The translations under genes and the position numbers were made by a program. A model generated the notes under the pieces. It had not been told where the DNA came from. It was given only the letters and a program-made list of their open reading frames with translations, and did not search any database. This document shows, piece after piece, positions 7,932 through 16,970 of a stretch of DNA of 29,202 nt. Source of the DNA: Actinomycetota bacterium. GTDB lineage: Bacteria; Actinomycetota; Geothermincolia; Geothermincolales; RBG-13-55-18. Position 1 is the stretch's first letter, and every line of letters starts with the position of its first letter. Location: NCBI GenBank assembly GCA_028275245.1, contig JAPWVA010000001.1, positions 1 through 29,202 of the forward strand, written 5' to 3'.

Positions 7932-8120
7932 GATACCATCCCGGAAAATACCGGAAGGTCCACCGAGGCCGGTTTCAAGACACATAGCGAGGGGTTCACG
8001 GGCCGGTCTCCCGGGCAGAACAGAACGGGAACCGGTACCGGGAAAGAGCGAACCACCACCCGGTACAGTCTCTTGGCCTCGATGGCAGGTTTGACAAAGA
8101 AAAGGATGGCGGGAGGGTTC

Positions 8121-9401
8121 ATGTCTTGGAAAAAGGTGGAATGGTCCTCGAGACAGGGAGCTGATGAGCTGCGCAATTCCCTGGGCTGGAGTGGATGGGG
8201 ATTGGAAGCGGAGGAGACCAGGGAGGAGGTGCGGAGCATCATCGAGGAGGTGAGGTCCAAGGGCGACCGGGCACTGGTGGAGCTCACCAGGCGCTACGAC
8301 GGCGTGGACATATCCTCCCTAGGCATCCGGGTGGGAGAGGAGGAGATGGCGGCAGCGGAGGGTAAAGTGGCCGAGGGATTCCCCGATGCCCTGAGGCAAG
8401 CCGCCCGGAATATCCAGAACTTCCACCGGCACCAGGTGGTCGAATCCTTCTTCTTCGATGGCGAGGAGGGAATGCGCCTGGGCCAGTTGATCCGGCCCCT
8501 GGAGAGGGTGGGCTGCTACATCCCTGGCGGCAGGGCCTCTTATCCCTCCACCGTTCTCATGACGGTGATCCCTGCCCGGGTGGCAGGCGTCAGGGAGATA
8601 GCCGTCTGCGTGCCACCCCGGCCCGACGGCAGAGTCGACCCCCACACCCTTTATGCCCTTTCCTACCTCAAGGTTAAGGAGGTTTACCGGGTAGGAGGCG
8701 CCCAGGCGGTAGCCGCCTTGGCCCTGGGGACAGAAACCGTCAAACCGGTGGACAAGATAGTCGGTCCCGGCAACGCCTACGTAACCGCCGCGAAGAGGGA
8801 GCTTTTCGGCGTGGTGGGCATCGACATGCTGGCAGGTCCCAGCGAACTAGTGGTGCTGGCCGAGGGGAACGCAGACCCGGACCGGGTGGCCTATGACCTC
8901 CTGGCCCAATTGGAGCACGGGCCAGGTACCAAGGTATGCTTGGTCACCCCCTCAGAGGAACTAGCCTCCGCCGTGGAGCGGGTCCTGTCCCGGGAGGCAC
9001 GCCCTGAGGCGTTCTCCTCTTCGCTGGTGGCCTGCGTGCTGGTGAGCGACCTGGAGGAAGGCTTGCAAGCGGCCAATGCCCTGGCCCCGGAGCACTTCAC
9101 CATCTTCGCCGAAGAGGTGGCGGATATCACCTCCAAGGTGAAGAACGCGGGGGCCGTCTTCCTGGGGGCCGATTCCCCAGTGGCCTTGGGGGATTACGCG
9201 GCGGGCACCAACCACGTCCTGCCCACCGGGGGAACCGCCAGGTTCGCCTCGCCCCTCGGGGTATACGACTTCGTGAAGAGAACCAATGTGATTTATTCCA
9301 ACCCCCGGGCCAACCGTAAGTTGATGGGAGCGGTAGTCGAGCTCTCGCGAGTGGAAGGACTTCCTTGGCATGGGGAGAGCATGAGGAAAAGGCAGGCTTG
9401 A
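8121..9401 (+). CDS. hisD: Histidinol dehydrogenase
   Basis: Motifs YIPGG, VDKIVGPGNAYV, IDMLAGPSE, QLEH, PEH, GDYAAGTNHVLPT and the C-terminal His. GGGAGG SD before ATG 8121. Confidence 0.96.
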   Translation: MSWKKVEWSSRQGADELRNSLGWSGWGLEAEETREEVRSIIEEVRSKGDRALVELTRRYDGVDISSLGIRVGEEEMAAAEGKVAEGFPDALRQAARNIQNFHRHQVVESFFFDGEEGMRLGQLIRPLERVGCYIPGGRASYPSTVLMTVIPARVAGVREIAVCVPPRPDGRVDPHTLYALSYLKVKEVYRVGGAQAVAALALGTETVKPVDKIVGPGNAYVTAAKRELFGVVGIDMLAGPSELVVLAEGNADPDRVAYDLLAQLEHGPGTKVCLVTPSEELASAVERVLSREARPEAFSSSLVACVLVSDLEEGLQAANALAPEHFTIFAEEVADITSKVKNAGAVFLGADSPVALGDYAAGTNHVLPTGGTARFASPLGVYDFVKRTNVIYSNPRANRKLMGAVVELSRVEGLPWHGESMRKRQA

Positions 9402-9471
9402 CCTAGGGGACTGGAGTCACGACGAGCAGGCGCCGCCCCCAGGTTAGGCGTGAGAAAAAGAAAGAGACGCC

Positions 9472-10062
9472 ATGGAGGAGGCGGGCAGGTCCGTCAGAGC
9501 CGAGAGGAAGACCGCCGAGACCACGGTGGTCCTGGAGCTGAACCTGGATGGGAACGGCCAGGTCGAGGTGAGTACCGGAATCGGCTTCTTCGACCACATG
9601 TTGACGCTGCTGGCCTTCCATGCCGGTTTCGACCTTCGCCTGGAGGCCAGGGGAGACCTGGAGGTGGACCAGCACCACACGGTGGAGGACGTGGGCCTGG
9701 TCCTGGGGGCGGCCATGAGCTCCGCACTGGGGAAAAGGATCGGCATCAGGAGGTACGGATGGGCACTCCTCCCCATGGACGAGGCGCTGAGCATGGTGGC
9801 CCTGGATCTTAGCGGGAGACCCTACTTGTCCCTGGATGCACCGGAGCTGGAAAACCCGCTTTCGGGATACGACACGGACACCGTGAGGGAATTCCTACGG
9901 GCGCTGGTAAACGAGGGAAAGTTCTCTCTCCACATCAAGGTGCTGGAAGGGGAAAACCCCCACCACGTCCTGGAATCGGTATTCAAGGGAATAGGCAGGG
10001 CCTTGCGGGATGCGGTAAGGCCGGAGGGGATGGGCATCCCCTCCAGCAAGGGAGCCCTTTAA
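9472..10062 (+). CDS. hisB: Imidazoleglycerol-phosphate dehydratase (monofunctional)
   Basis: Motifs RKTAET, GFFDHML, DQHHTVED and NPHHVLESVFK. Confidence 0.97.
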   Translation: MEEAGRSVRAERKTAETTVVLELNLDGNGQVEVSTGIGFFDHMLTLLAFHAGFDLRLEARGDLEVDQHHTVEDVGLVLGAAMSSALGKRIGIRRYGWALLPMDEALSMVALDLSGRPYLSLDAPELENPLSGYDTDTVREFLRALVNEGKFSLHIKVLEGENPHHVLESVFKGIGRALRDAVRPEGMGIPSSKGAL

Positions 10063-10112
10063 CCCATCTCGCGGCCTGACCCTTTATCCTCTCTTCCACC
10101 GGGGAAAGGAAG

Positions 10113-10727
10113 ATGGCCATCTACGTTTTAGATTACGGGATGGGTAACCTGAGGAGCGTGGAAAAGGCCTTTGCCTTCCTCGGGCACGAGTGCAGGGTCA
10201 TAGGAAGCCCTGAGGAGGTCGGTAAGGCGGAGGGCCTGGTCCTGCCCGGGGTGGGTGCCTTCGGTAGGGCTATGGAGGAACTGGAAAGACGCGGTTTCGT
10301 GGAGCTGGTCTGGGAGGCCGTGGAGGAGGGCGTCCCCCTGCTGGGCATATGTCTCGGTTTCCAACTCCTTTTCGAGGAGAGCGAGGAAAGCCCCGGCGTA
10401 AGAGGCCTTGGCCTCCTGGCGGGAAAGGTGAGAAGGCTCGGCGGCAGGGTTAAGGTGCCCCACATGGGTTGGAATGACGTCCGCTGGGTACGGGAGCACT
10501 CGGTACTTCAGGGAGTAAGGTCGGGTTCCTTCTTCTACTTCGTCCATTCCTATCACCCTGTACCGGAAGAAAGGGAGGTGATATTGGGAGTTACGGATTA
10601 CGGGGAGGAGTTCGTGTCCGCCGTTTCCCGCGAAAACATCATAGGGTTCCAGTTCCACCCGGAAAAGAGCTCCTCCGCCGGCCTCCGGATTCTTAATAAC
10701 TTCGCCCGGACATGCACTGGCAGGTAA
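10113..10727 (+). CDS. hisH: Imidazole glycerol phosphate synthase, glutaminase subunit
   Basis: Motifs DYGMGNL, LPGVGAF, GICLG, PHMGWN and QFHPEKS (Cys-His-Glu triad). Confidence 0.97.
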   Translation: MAIYVLDYGMGNLRSVEKAFAFLGHECRVIGSPEEVGKAEGLVLPGVGAFGRAMEELERRGFVELVWEAVEEGVPLLGICLGFQLLFEESEESPGVRGLGLLAGKVRRLGGRVKVPHMGWNDVRWVREHSVLQGVRSGSFFYFVHSYHPVPEEREVILGVTDYGEEFVSAVSRENIIGFQFHPEKSSSAGLRILNNFARTCTGR

Positions 10728-11062
10728 GGGAATCAACGCCCGGGAACGGGCTTCTTTCAAGGCGAGATGCCGACAGGAGTCGAGCTTGGATAAGTAAAGG
10801 ATGCGCCGCGGTGGAGGATGTCCGCTTTAGGAAGTGGCACAGGATAGCCGAAATCGACGGTGGGGAAGGAAAGGAACTCCATCCTTGTTGTTTCCCCCGA
10901 TTTACCTAAACGTGGTTTCTTCATCTCGGAAAAGCCACGAGAAAGAGGAGGCGCTGTTAAATCTCGGTCCATCAGTGTTAAGTTAGCTATGGGAGTCAGT
11001 CAGTTCCGAGAGTCAAGAGAGTCAAGTTAGATGCGGGAGTGAGGTGCCCAGGAGGTGATCCC

Positions 11063-11815
11063 TTGTTCAGGATCTACCCCGCCATCGACATCCGGGGAGG
11101 AAGGTGCGTCAGGCTCCACCGGGGGGATTACACCGCGGAAAGCATGTACTTCATGGACCCTTTGCAGGCGGTCAGGGAGTGGGTTAGAAGGGGCGCATCC
11201 TTCCTCCACGTGGTGGACTTGGACGGGGCAGTGGAGGGGCGCCCGGTCAACTCCAGCCTCATACGGAGGATGATCGAGGAAGCGGGCATCCCACTGCAAG
11301 TGGGAGGCGGGATACGAGAGCTCGATCATGCCAGGGAGTACCTGGAGGCGGGGGCTGCCCGGGTTATCCTGGGGACCCGTGCCATATTGGATCCGGATTT
11401 CCTGGTGGAGGCCATCGCCTTGTGGGGGGAAAGGATACTGGTGAGCGTGGACGTCGGGAAGGAGGGGAAGCCATCGCTACGGGGATGGACCGAGACCGTC
11501 AGCGTAGACAAGGGGGAATTGCTTACTACCCTCCGGGAGGCGGGGGTGACCAGGATGATCCACACCAATATCTGGAGAGACGGCACCCTGGAAGGCTACG
11601 ACCCAGGGCCCCTAGAGCCCTTCCTGGACCAGGGCATGAAGTTGATCGCTGCCGGCGGTATCACCACCCTCCGTGACCTGCGACTGCTCAAAGGGTTATC
11701 CGCCAGGGGAGTGGAAGGCGCGATCATTGGGAAGGCGCTCTACGAAGGAAGCATACACCTCGAGGAGGCTCTCCAGTTGGAAATATTGGATGACGAGGCC
11801 GGAGAAGGGACATGA
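11063..11815 (+). CDS. hisA: ProFAR isomerase (HisA)
   Basis: Motifs IYPAIDIRGGRCVRL, LHVVDLDGA, VGGGIR and IIGKALY. TTG 11063 follows a GGAGGTGA SD. Confidence 0.95.
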   Translation: MFRIYPAIDIRGGRCVRLHRGDYTAESMYFMDPLQAVREWVRRGASFLHVVDLDGAVEGRPVNSSLIRRMIEEAGIPLQVGGGIRELDHAREYLEAGAARVILGTRAILDPDFLVEAIALWGERILVSVDVGKEGKPSLRGWTETVSVDKGELLTTLREAGVTRMIHTNIWRDGTLEGYDPGPLEPFLDQGMKLIAAGGITTLRDLRLLKGLSARGVEGAIIGKALYEGSIHLEEALQLEILDDEAGEGT

Positions 11816-11872
11816 GGTTTCACCCGCCATAAGGTTGCCAGTTTGTGTCTTAGACTGAGCTGGGAGAATGGG

Positions 11873-12643
11873 ATGCACTGCGTAAGGATAATACCTTGCC
11901 TCGACGTAGACAAAGGGAGGGTGGTTAAGGGTATTAACTTCCTGAGCCTGAGGGATGCCGGCGACCCGGTGGAGATGGCCTCCGTGTACGATGCGGAGGG
12001 GGCAGACGAGTTGGTGTTCCTGGACATCACCGCCAGCCACGAGGGTAGGGAGCTGGTATTCGACATGGCGGCCCGGGTGGCGGAGAGGGTTTTCATCCCC
12101 TATACGGTGGGAGGAGGGATCAGGACCGAGGAAGACGCCCGCAGGATACTGGCCACAGGAGCCGACAAGGTATCCCTTAACACCGCTGCGGTGAGGGATC
12201 CTGGGATCATAACCCGGCTGGCCCGCCGCTTCGGCTCCCAATGCGTGGTAGTGGCCATAGACGCCAAGGGAAGGCCGGAGGGGGGCTGGGAGGTGTATGT
12301 GAACGGGGGGAGGACCCCCACGGGAAAAGACGTGGTGAGATGGGCGCGGGAGGCCGAATCCAGGGGAGCGGGGGAGATTCTCCTCACCAGCATGGACAGG
12401 GATGGAACAAAGGAGGGTTATGATGTGGAGCTGACCGCTGCGATAGTGGAAGCGATCAACATTCCGGTGATCGCCTCCGGGGGGGCAGGCACGCCGGAGC
12501 ACATGGCCGATGTAATCCTGCGGGCGGGCGCCGACGCCGTGCTGGCAGCCTCCGTGTTCCACTACGGGGAGTACAGGATTAGGGAGGTTAAGGAGTACCT
12601 CAGGGGTAGGGGAATCCCGGTGAGGATCACCTGGGAGGATTGA
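11873..12643 (+). CDS. hisF: Imidazole glycerol phosphate synthase, cyclase subunit
   Basis: Motifs [31 protein letters not shown] and IASGGAG. ATG 11873 follows GGGAGA. Confidence 0.97.
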   Translation: MHCVRIIPCLDVDKGRVVKGINFLSLRDAGDPVEMASVYDAEGADELVFLDITASHEGRELVFDMAARVAERVFIPYTVGGGIRTEEDARRILATGADKVSLNTAAVRDPGIITRLARRFGSQCVVVAIDAKGRPEGGWEVYVNGGRTPTGKDVVRWAREAESRGAGEILLTSMDRDGTKEGYDVELTAAIVEAINIPVIASGGAGTPEHMADVILRAGADAVLAASVFHYGEYRIREVKEYLRGRGIPVRITWED

Positions 12644-12761
12644 AGTTACAAGGGCAAGCCACCCACGGCCGAGGTCCTTATGTCCCGGGTATGGACAGTT
12701 AGAATACCTTTGGGTTAAATATAGCCATCCAAGCCTGGTACATGCGCGGCCAGCGTCGCCG

Positions 12762-12784
12762 GGGAGGGGAATCTCTTCCCTTTT
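12762..12784 (+). terminator. Terminator-like hairpin in the leader of the ABC substrate-binding gene (may also end his transcripts)
   Basis: GGGAGGGG-AAT-CTCTTCCC followed by TTTT; 8-bp stem including 2 GU pairs. Confidence 0.45.
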
Positions 12785-12841
12785 GCTGGAAGAAGTGTGT
12801 GTTCTCTACGCCGGCGACCGGATGAGGAAGGGGGAAGGAAA

Positions 12842-14038
12842 ATGCGAGGCAAGGGAACGGTAACGGTGTTGGCCATTCTGCTAGTAGGTGCCCTCTTCCT
12901 TTCCCTCTTTCCCGGGTGCGGAGGAGGTGAGGAAGGGGGAAAGAAACCCATCAAGATCGGGGTCATCCTTTCCGAGAGCGGATCCCAAGAGCCGCTGGGA
13001 AAACCGGAGAAGAAGGCCATCGAGCTCTTCGTGGAACGGCTCAACGCGGAGGGGGGCATCAACGGTCACCCGGTGGAGGTGATCATCAAGGATGACGCCA
13101 GCGATCCTTCCCGGGCCCTCCAAGCAGCGGTGGAATTGCTGGACCAGGAAGAGGTGGTGGCCATCATAGGCTCCAGCACCACGGGGGCCACCCTTTCCAT
13201 CAAGCAGGAGACCAACGCCCGCAAGATTCCCCTCATCTCCATGGCTGCTGGGGTGGAGATCATGGAGGGCGATTTCAGCTACGTCTTCCGCACACCGCCC
13301 ACCTCCGCCGAGGCAGCCGGTAAGGCACTGGATTATATTGCCAAGGTCATGGGCAAGAAGAGGATAGCCATCCTCTACGATACCAACGCTTTCGGCACCG
13401 ACGGACGTGACACCCTCAAGCGGTTGGCTCCTGGGTACGGGGTGGAGGTAGTCGCGGTCGAGGGCTACGACTCCAACGCCACCGAGGAGTCCATCGACAC
13501 CCACCTGGTGAACGTCAAGGCCTCCAATCCTGAGGTCTTGGTGGTATGGGGGACCAACCCTGGTCCGGCCAAGATCGCCAAGAGAATGAAGGACAAGGGG
13601 ATAGACATCCCACTCATGGGCAGCCACGGGATCGCCAACAAGACTTTCATCGACCTGGCGGGAGAGGCTGCCGACGGGGTTCTCTTCCCCGCGGGCAAGA
13701 TGCTCATCTGGCAAAAGGCCCTGAAACCGGGGACGCCCCAGTACGAACTGATGAAGGAATTCTCGGAGGCCTATTCCGCCCGTTATGGGGAACAGCCCAA
13801 TACCTTCGCCGGCCACGGCTGGGACGCCATCCTCATCCTCACCGAGGCCTTGAAGAAGGTTGGGGCTGACGCCAGCCCGGATAAGCTCCGCGAAGCCATC
13901 GAGAAGACCCAAGGCCTGGTGGGCACCGCAGGTGTTTTCAATTACTCGCCCGCCAACCACAATGGGCTCTCCCCCGAGGACCTGGTGGTGGTGGAGATAA
14001 AGAACGGGGCCTGGGATCTGGCCCCAGGGCAGGAATGA
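12842..14038 (+). CDS. livK: ABC transporter substrate-binding lipoprotein, Leu/Ile/Val (HAAT) family
   Basis: Signal peptide ending FPGC, then PIKIG, DDASDPS and TFAGHGWDA. First gene of a liv-type cassette; the substrate is not established. Confidence 0.9.
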   Translation: MRGKGTVTVLAILLVGALFLSLFPGCGGGEEGGKKPIKIGVILSESGSQEPLGKPEKKAIELFVERLNAEGGINGHPVEVIIKDDASDPSRALQAAVELLDQEEVVAIIGSSTTGATLSIKQETNARKIPLISMAAGVEIMEGDFSYVFRTPPTSAEAAGKALDYIAKVMGKKRIAILYDTNAFGTDGRDTLKRLAPGYGVEVVAVEGYDSNATEESIDTHLVNVKASNPEVLVVWGTNPGPAKIAKRMKDKGIDIPLMGSHGIANKTFIDLAGEAADGVLFPAGKMLIWQKALKPGTPQYELMKEFSEAYSARYGEQPNTFAGHGWDAILILTEALKKVGADASPDKLREAIEKTQGLVGTAGVFNYSPANHNGLSPEDLVVVEIKNGAWDLAPGQE

Positions 14039-14076
14039 GATGAATCTTATCCCCCGGAAAGCCTTTTCCCGGGGGA

Positions 14077-14085
14077 TGCTATAAT
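14077..14085 (+). promoter_or_regulatory. Candidate internal extended -10 promoter (TGcTATAAT)
   Basis: Perfect TGnTATAAT between livK and livH. Confidence 0.5.
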
Positions 14086-14106
14086 AAGTTACTATTCGGC
14101 GCCACC

Positions 14107-14135
14107 GGAGAGGGGCTGGAAGGCCCTCTCCTTTT
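14107..14135 (+). terminator. Intrinsic terminator-like hairpin between livK and livH
   Basis: GGAGAGGG...CCCTCTCC stem followed by TTTT. Confidence 0.6.
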
Positions 14136-14165
14136 GTATGGGATCAATCCTGCGGAGGTAGCAAG

Positions 14166-15062
14166 TTGGGTGCCTTCTTCTCCAATTTGCCCCAGTACCT
14201 AGTGAACGGCATCGGGAGCAGCTGTGTGTACATCCTGATGGCCATGGGGTTCAGCTTGGTGTACTCCTCCACGGGCATAATCAACTTCGCCCAAGGGGAG
14301 TTCGCGGCCATCAGTGCCTTGGTCGCATATACCCTTTCCATGGACCTAGGGCTCCCCCTCCTCTTGGCGGTGGCCGGTGCCCTGGCCCTGACGGGATTTG
14401 TGGGGCTGTTATTGGAAAGGGCGGTCATCAGGCCCTTGCAGGGTAAGGGTACCCTCACCGCCATCATCGCCACCATTGGTGCCTCCATATTCCTAAAGGC
14501 AGGCGCCAGGATAATCTGGCCGGAAGAGGCCTACAAGGTGCCCGAGTTCACCCAAGGCCAGCTCAACCTGCCCAAGGCATCCTTCAACGCCCAGCTCCTA
14601 TGGATGCTGGGGCTCACCGCTTTCACCGTCGCCGCCATGTACCTTCTCATGAACGGGACCAAGTTGGGAAAGGGTCTGAGGGCCTGCGCCATAAACCCGG
14701 AGGCGGCAAGGTTAGTGGGGATTGACGTCTCCCTCATGTCCATGGCGGCCTTCGCCATCGCCGCCCTCCTAGGAGGCCTGGCGGGACTGGTCAGTGCTCC
14801 CTTCGCCAATTATGGCATGGGCCTTTACCTGGGCATAAAGGGGTTTACGGCAGCGGTGATCGGGGGCCTGGGAGACGTTTATGGGGCGGTCCTAGGCGGG
14901 ATAACGGTGGGACTGCTGGAAGAGGTGGTAGCCGGCTTCCTTTCCGTTGTGCTGGGGGTCTCCTCCGGATACAAGGACGCCGTGGCGGTGATCCTCCTGA
15001 TATCGGTCCTACTGTTTCGGCCCCAGGGTTTAGTGGGAAAGGGACTGGTGGAAAAGGTTTGA
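14166..15062 (+). CDS. livH: Branched-chain amino acid-type ABC permease
   Basis: Motifs GFSLVYSSTGIINFAQGE and GFTAAVIGGLG; polytopic. TTG start with GGAGG SD. Confidence 0.92.
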   Translation: MGAFFSNLPQYLVNGIGSSCVYILMAMGFSLVYSSTGIINFAQGEFAAISALVAYTLSMDLGLPLLLAVAGALALTGFVGLLLERAVIRPLQGKGTLTAIIATIGASIFLKAGARIIWPEEAYKVPEFTQGQLNLPKASFNAQLLWMLGLTAFTVAAMYLLMNGTKLGKGLRACAINPEAARLVGIDVSLMSMAAFAIAALLGGLAGLVSAPFANYGMGLYLGIKGFTAAVIGGLGDVYGAVLGGITVGLLEEVVAGFLSVVLGVSSGYKDAVAVILLISVLLFRPQGLVGKGLVEKV

Positions 15063-15081
15063 TCCCCATCAGGGGGGCGAA

Positions 15082-16188
15082 ATGGTCAAGCGGGGATTTC
15101 TTGCCACCAGGGGTATCGCCAGGAGGGTCTGGAGGAATTACAAGGCCTTCCTGCTCTTTTCTCCCTTCGTGCTGCTACTGCCACTTTGGGCCGAGCCTCT
15201 GGGAAGGTCCATCTCCCTGAACATCGTGTACCTTATGCGGATGGTGGGGATATTCACCCTGACGGCGGTGGGACTCAACCTACTCATGGGATACGCGGGA
15301 CAAGCCTCCCTAGGCCACGGAGCTTTCATGGGGATCGGCGCCTATGTTTCCGCCATCCTCTCCACCCGTTGGGGCTGGCCGGCTTGGGCGGGCATCCTTC
15401 TGGGAACGTTATTGGCGGCCTTCGTGGGTTACCTGTTAGCCCCCATCCTCCGGCTCCGAGGTCATTATCTGGCCATGGCCACCCTGGGGGTAGGCATCGC
15501 CGCCTTTATCTTCTTCCGAGAGATGACCGGCCTAACCGGGGGCAACGTTGGAATACGGGAGATACCGAAGCTCAACCTTTTCGGGTTGGAGATATCATCC
15601 AAGAAGGCCGAGTTTTACTTCGTGTGGCTCCTGGTCATCCTGGTGCTACTTCTATGCCAAAACCTGGTGCGCTCCCGGGTAGGAAGGGCCATCCGGGCCT
15701 TCCATCAGTCGGAGGTAGCGGCCCGGATCATGGGGGTGGACGTGGCCTCTTACAAGATGAAGGTCTTCATGCTATCGGCCGCCCTGGGGGGCTTGGCAGG
15801 CGGGATATACTCCCACCTCCAGGGCTACATCAATCCCTCTCAATTCAGCGTGATGCTCTCAATCCAGCTGGTGGTGATGGTAGTGGTAGGCGGGATGGAG
15901 AGCATCTGGGGATCGGTGGCCGGCGCCAGTTTGGTGGTATTTCTTCCCAGTCTAGTGGAGGCCCTTCCCAAGTGGATGGGAAATGTCCCGGCATGGGTGA
16001 GACAGTACAGCAATTACGAGGGGTTGGTCTTCGGCGCCATACTAGTGCTCACCATGATCTTTCTTCCCAAGGGCATAACCACGAGCACGGTGGAATTTTA
16101 CCGAAGGAAGACCAGGAAGGCCGCAGAGCTGATGGGAGAAGAGGAACCGGTATCGATCCCCGAGGAAGAGGTAAGAAATGGAAAATGA
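15082..16188 (+). CDS. livM: Branched-chain amino acid-type ABC permease
   Basis: Motifs GLNLLMGYAGQASLGH, LRLRGHYLAMATLG, SRVGRAIRA and VVVGGMESIWG. Confidence 0.92.
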   Translation: MVKRGFLATRGIARRVWRNYKAFLLFSPFVLLLPLWAEPLGRSISLNIVYLMRMVGIFTLTAVGLNLLMGYAGQASLGHGAFMGIGAYVSAILSTRWGWPAWAGILLGTLLAAFVGYLLAPILRLRGHYLAMATLGVGIAAFIFFREMTGLTGGNVGIREIPKLNLFGLEISSKKAEFYFVWLLVILVLLLCQNLVRSRVGRAIRAFHQSEVAARIMGVDVASYKMKVFMLSAALGGLAGGIYSHLQGYINPSQFSVMLSIQLVVMVVVGGMESIWGSVAGASLVVFLPSLVEALPKWMGNVPAWVRQYSNYEGLVFGAILVLTMIFLPKGITTSTVEFYRRKTRKAAELMGEEEPVSIPEEEVRNGK

Positions 16189-16948
16189 TGTGATACTGTC
16201 GGTGGAATCACTCACCAAGGCGTTCGGTGGTCTTTACGCCTTGAAAGACGTCACCTTCTTGGTAAAAAAGGGGGCCATAAAGGCTGTTATAGGCCCCAAC
16301 GGCGCCGGAAAGACCACCCTTTTCGACGTGCTCACCGGCCTTCAGCCCCCTGACAGGGGCAGGGCCGTGTTCCTGGATCGGGAGATCACCTGTATGCCCG
16401 CACACCAGCTGGCAGGTATAGGCATTTCCAGGACATTCCAGACCGTTCGCATATTCCCCGGCATGACCGTTCTAGAGAACGTGATGGTGGGCCTCCATCA
16501 CCGCACTGGATGTGGCTTTCTGAAGGCCGCCCTCAAGCTTCCCTCGGAGAGGAAGGAGGAGAAGTTCATCCGAGAGGAGGCCTTCAGTTACCTGGAGATG
16601 GTGGGACTGGAGTTGATGGCCCACTTCCCAGCAGGATCGCTGCCCTTCGGGAGGCAGAGGCTGCTAGAGCTAGCGCGCGCCCTGGCTAGCCGGCCCAAGT
16701 TGCTGCTATTGGACGAGCCCGCCTCGGGGCTTAACACTTACGAGACAGAGGAGCTGGGCGAGATCCTTCGCGAGATAGCTGGACAAGGGATCACCATCCT
16801 TCTGGTGGAGCACGACATGGGCCTGGTGATGCGTATCTCCCACGAGGTCCTTGTGCTTGACTACGGCGAGGTGATAGCCGAGGGGACGCCCCTAGAGGTG
16901 AAAGACGACCCCAGGGTCATAGAAGCATACCTGGGATCGGAGATATGA
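16178..16948 (+). CDS. livG: Branched-chain amino acid-type ABC ATPase
   Basis: Walker A GPNGAGKT, LLLDEP, VEHDM and the C-terminal DPRVIEAYLG. Confidence 0.95.
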   Translation: MENDVILSVESLTKAFGGLYALKDVTFLVKKGAIKAVIGPNGAGKTTLFDVLTGLQPPDRGRAVFLDREITCMPAHQLAGIGISRTFQTVRIFPGMTVLENVMVGLHHRTGCGFLKAALKLPSERKEEKFIREEAFSYLEMVGLELMAHFPAGSLPFGRQRLLELARALASRPKLLLLDEPASGLNTYETEELGEILREIAGQGITILLVEHDMGLVMRISHEVLVLDYGEVIAEGTPLEVKDDPRVIEAYLGSEI

Positions 16949-16970
16949 GGCTGAGGGAAGGGGGCAGATC

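Noticed and set aside
7851-8120. 90-codon N-terminal extension of HisD from TTG 7851
   Set aside because: Low-complexity Thr/Gly sequence with no SD. It spans the likely promoter, and ATG 8121 has a good SD and gives a normal HisD length.
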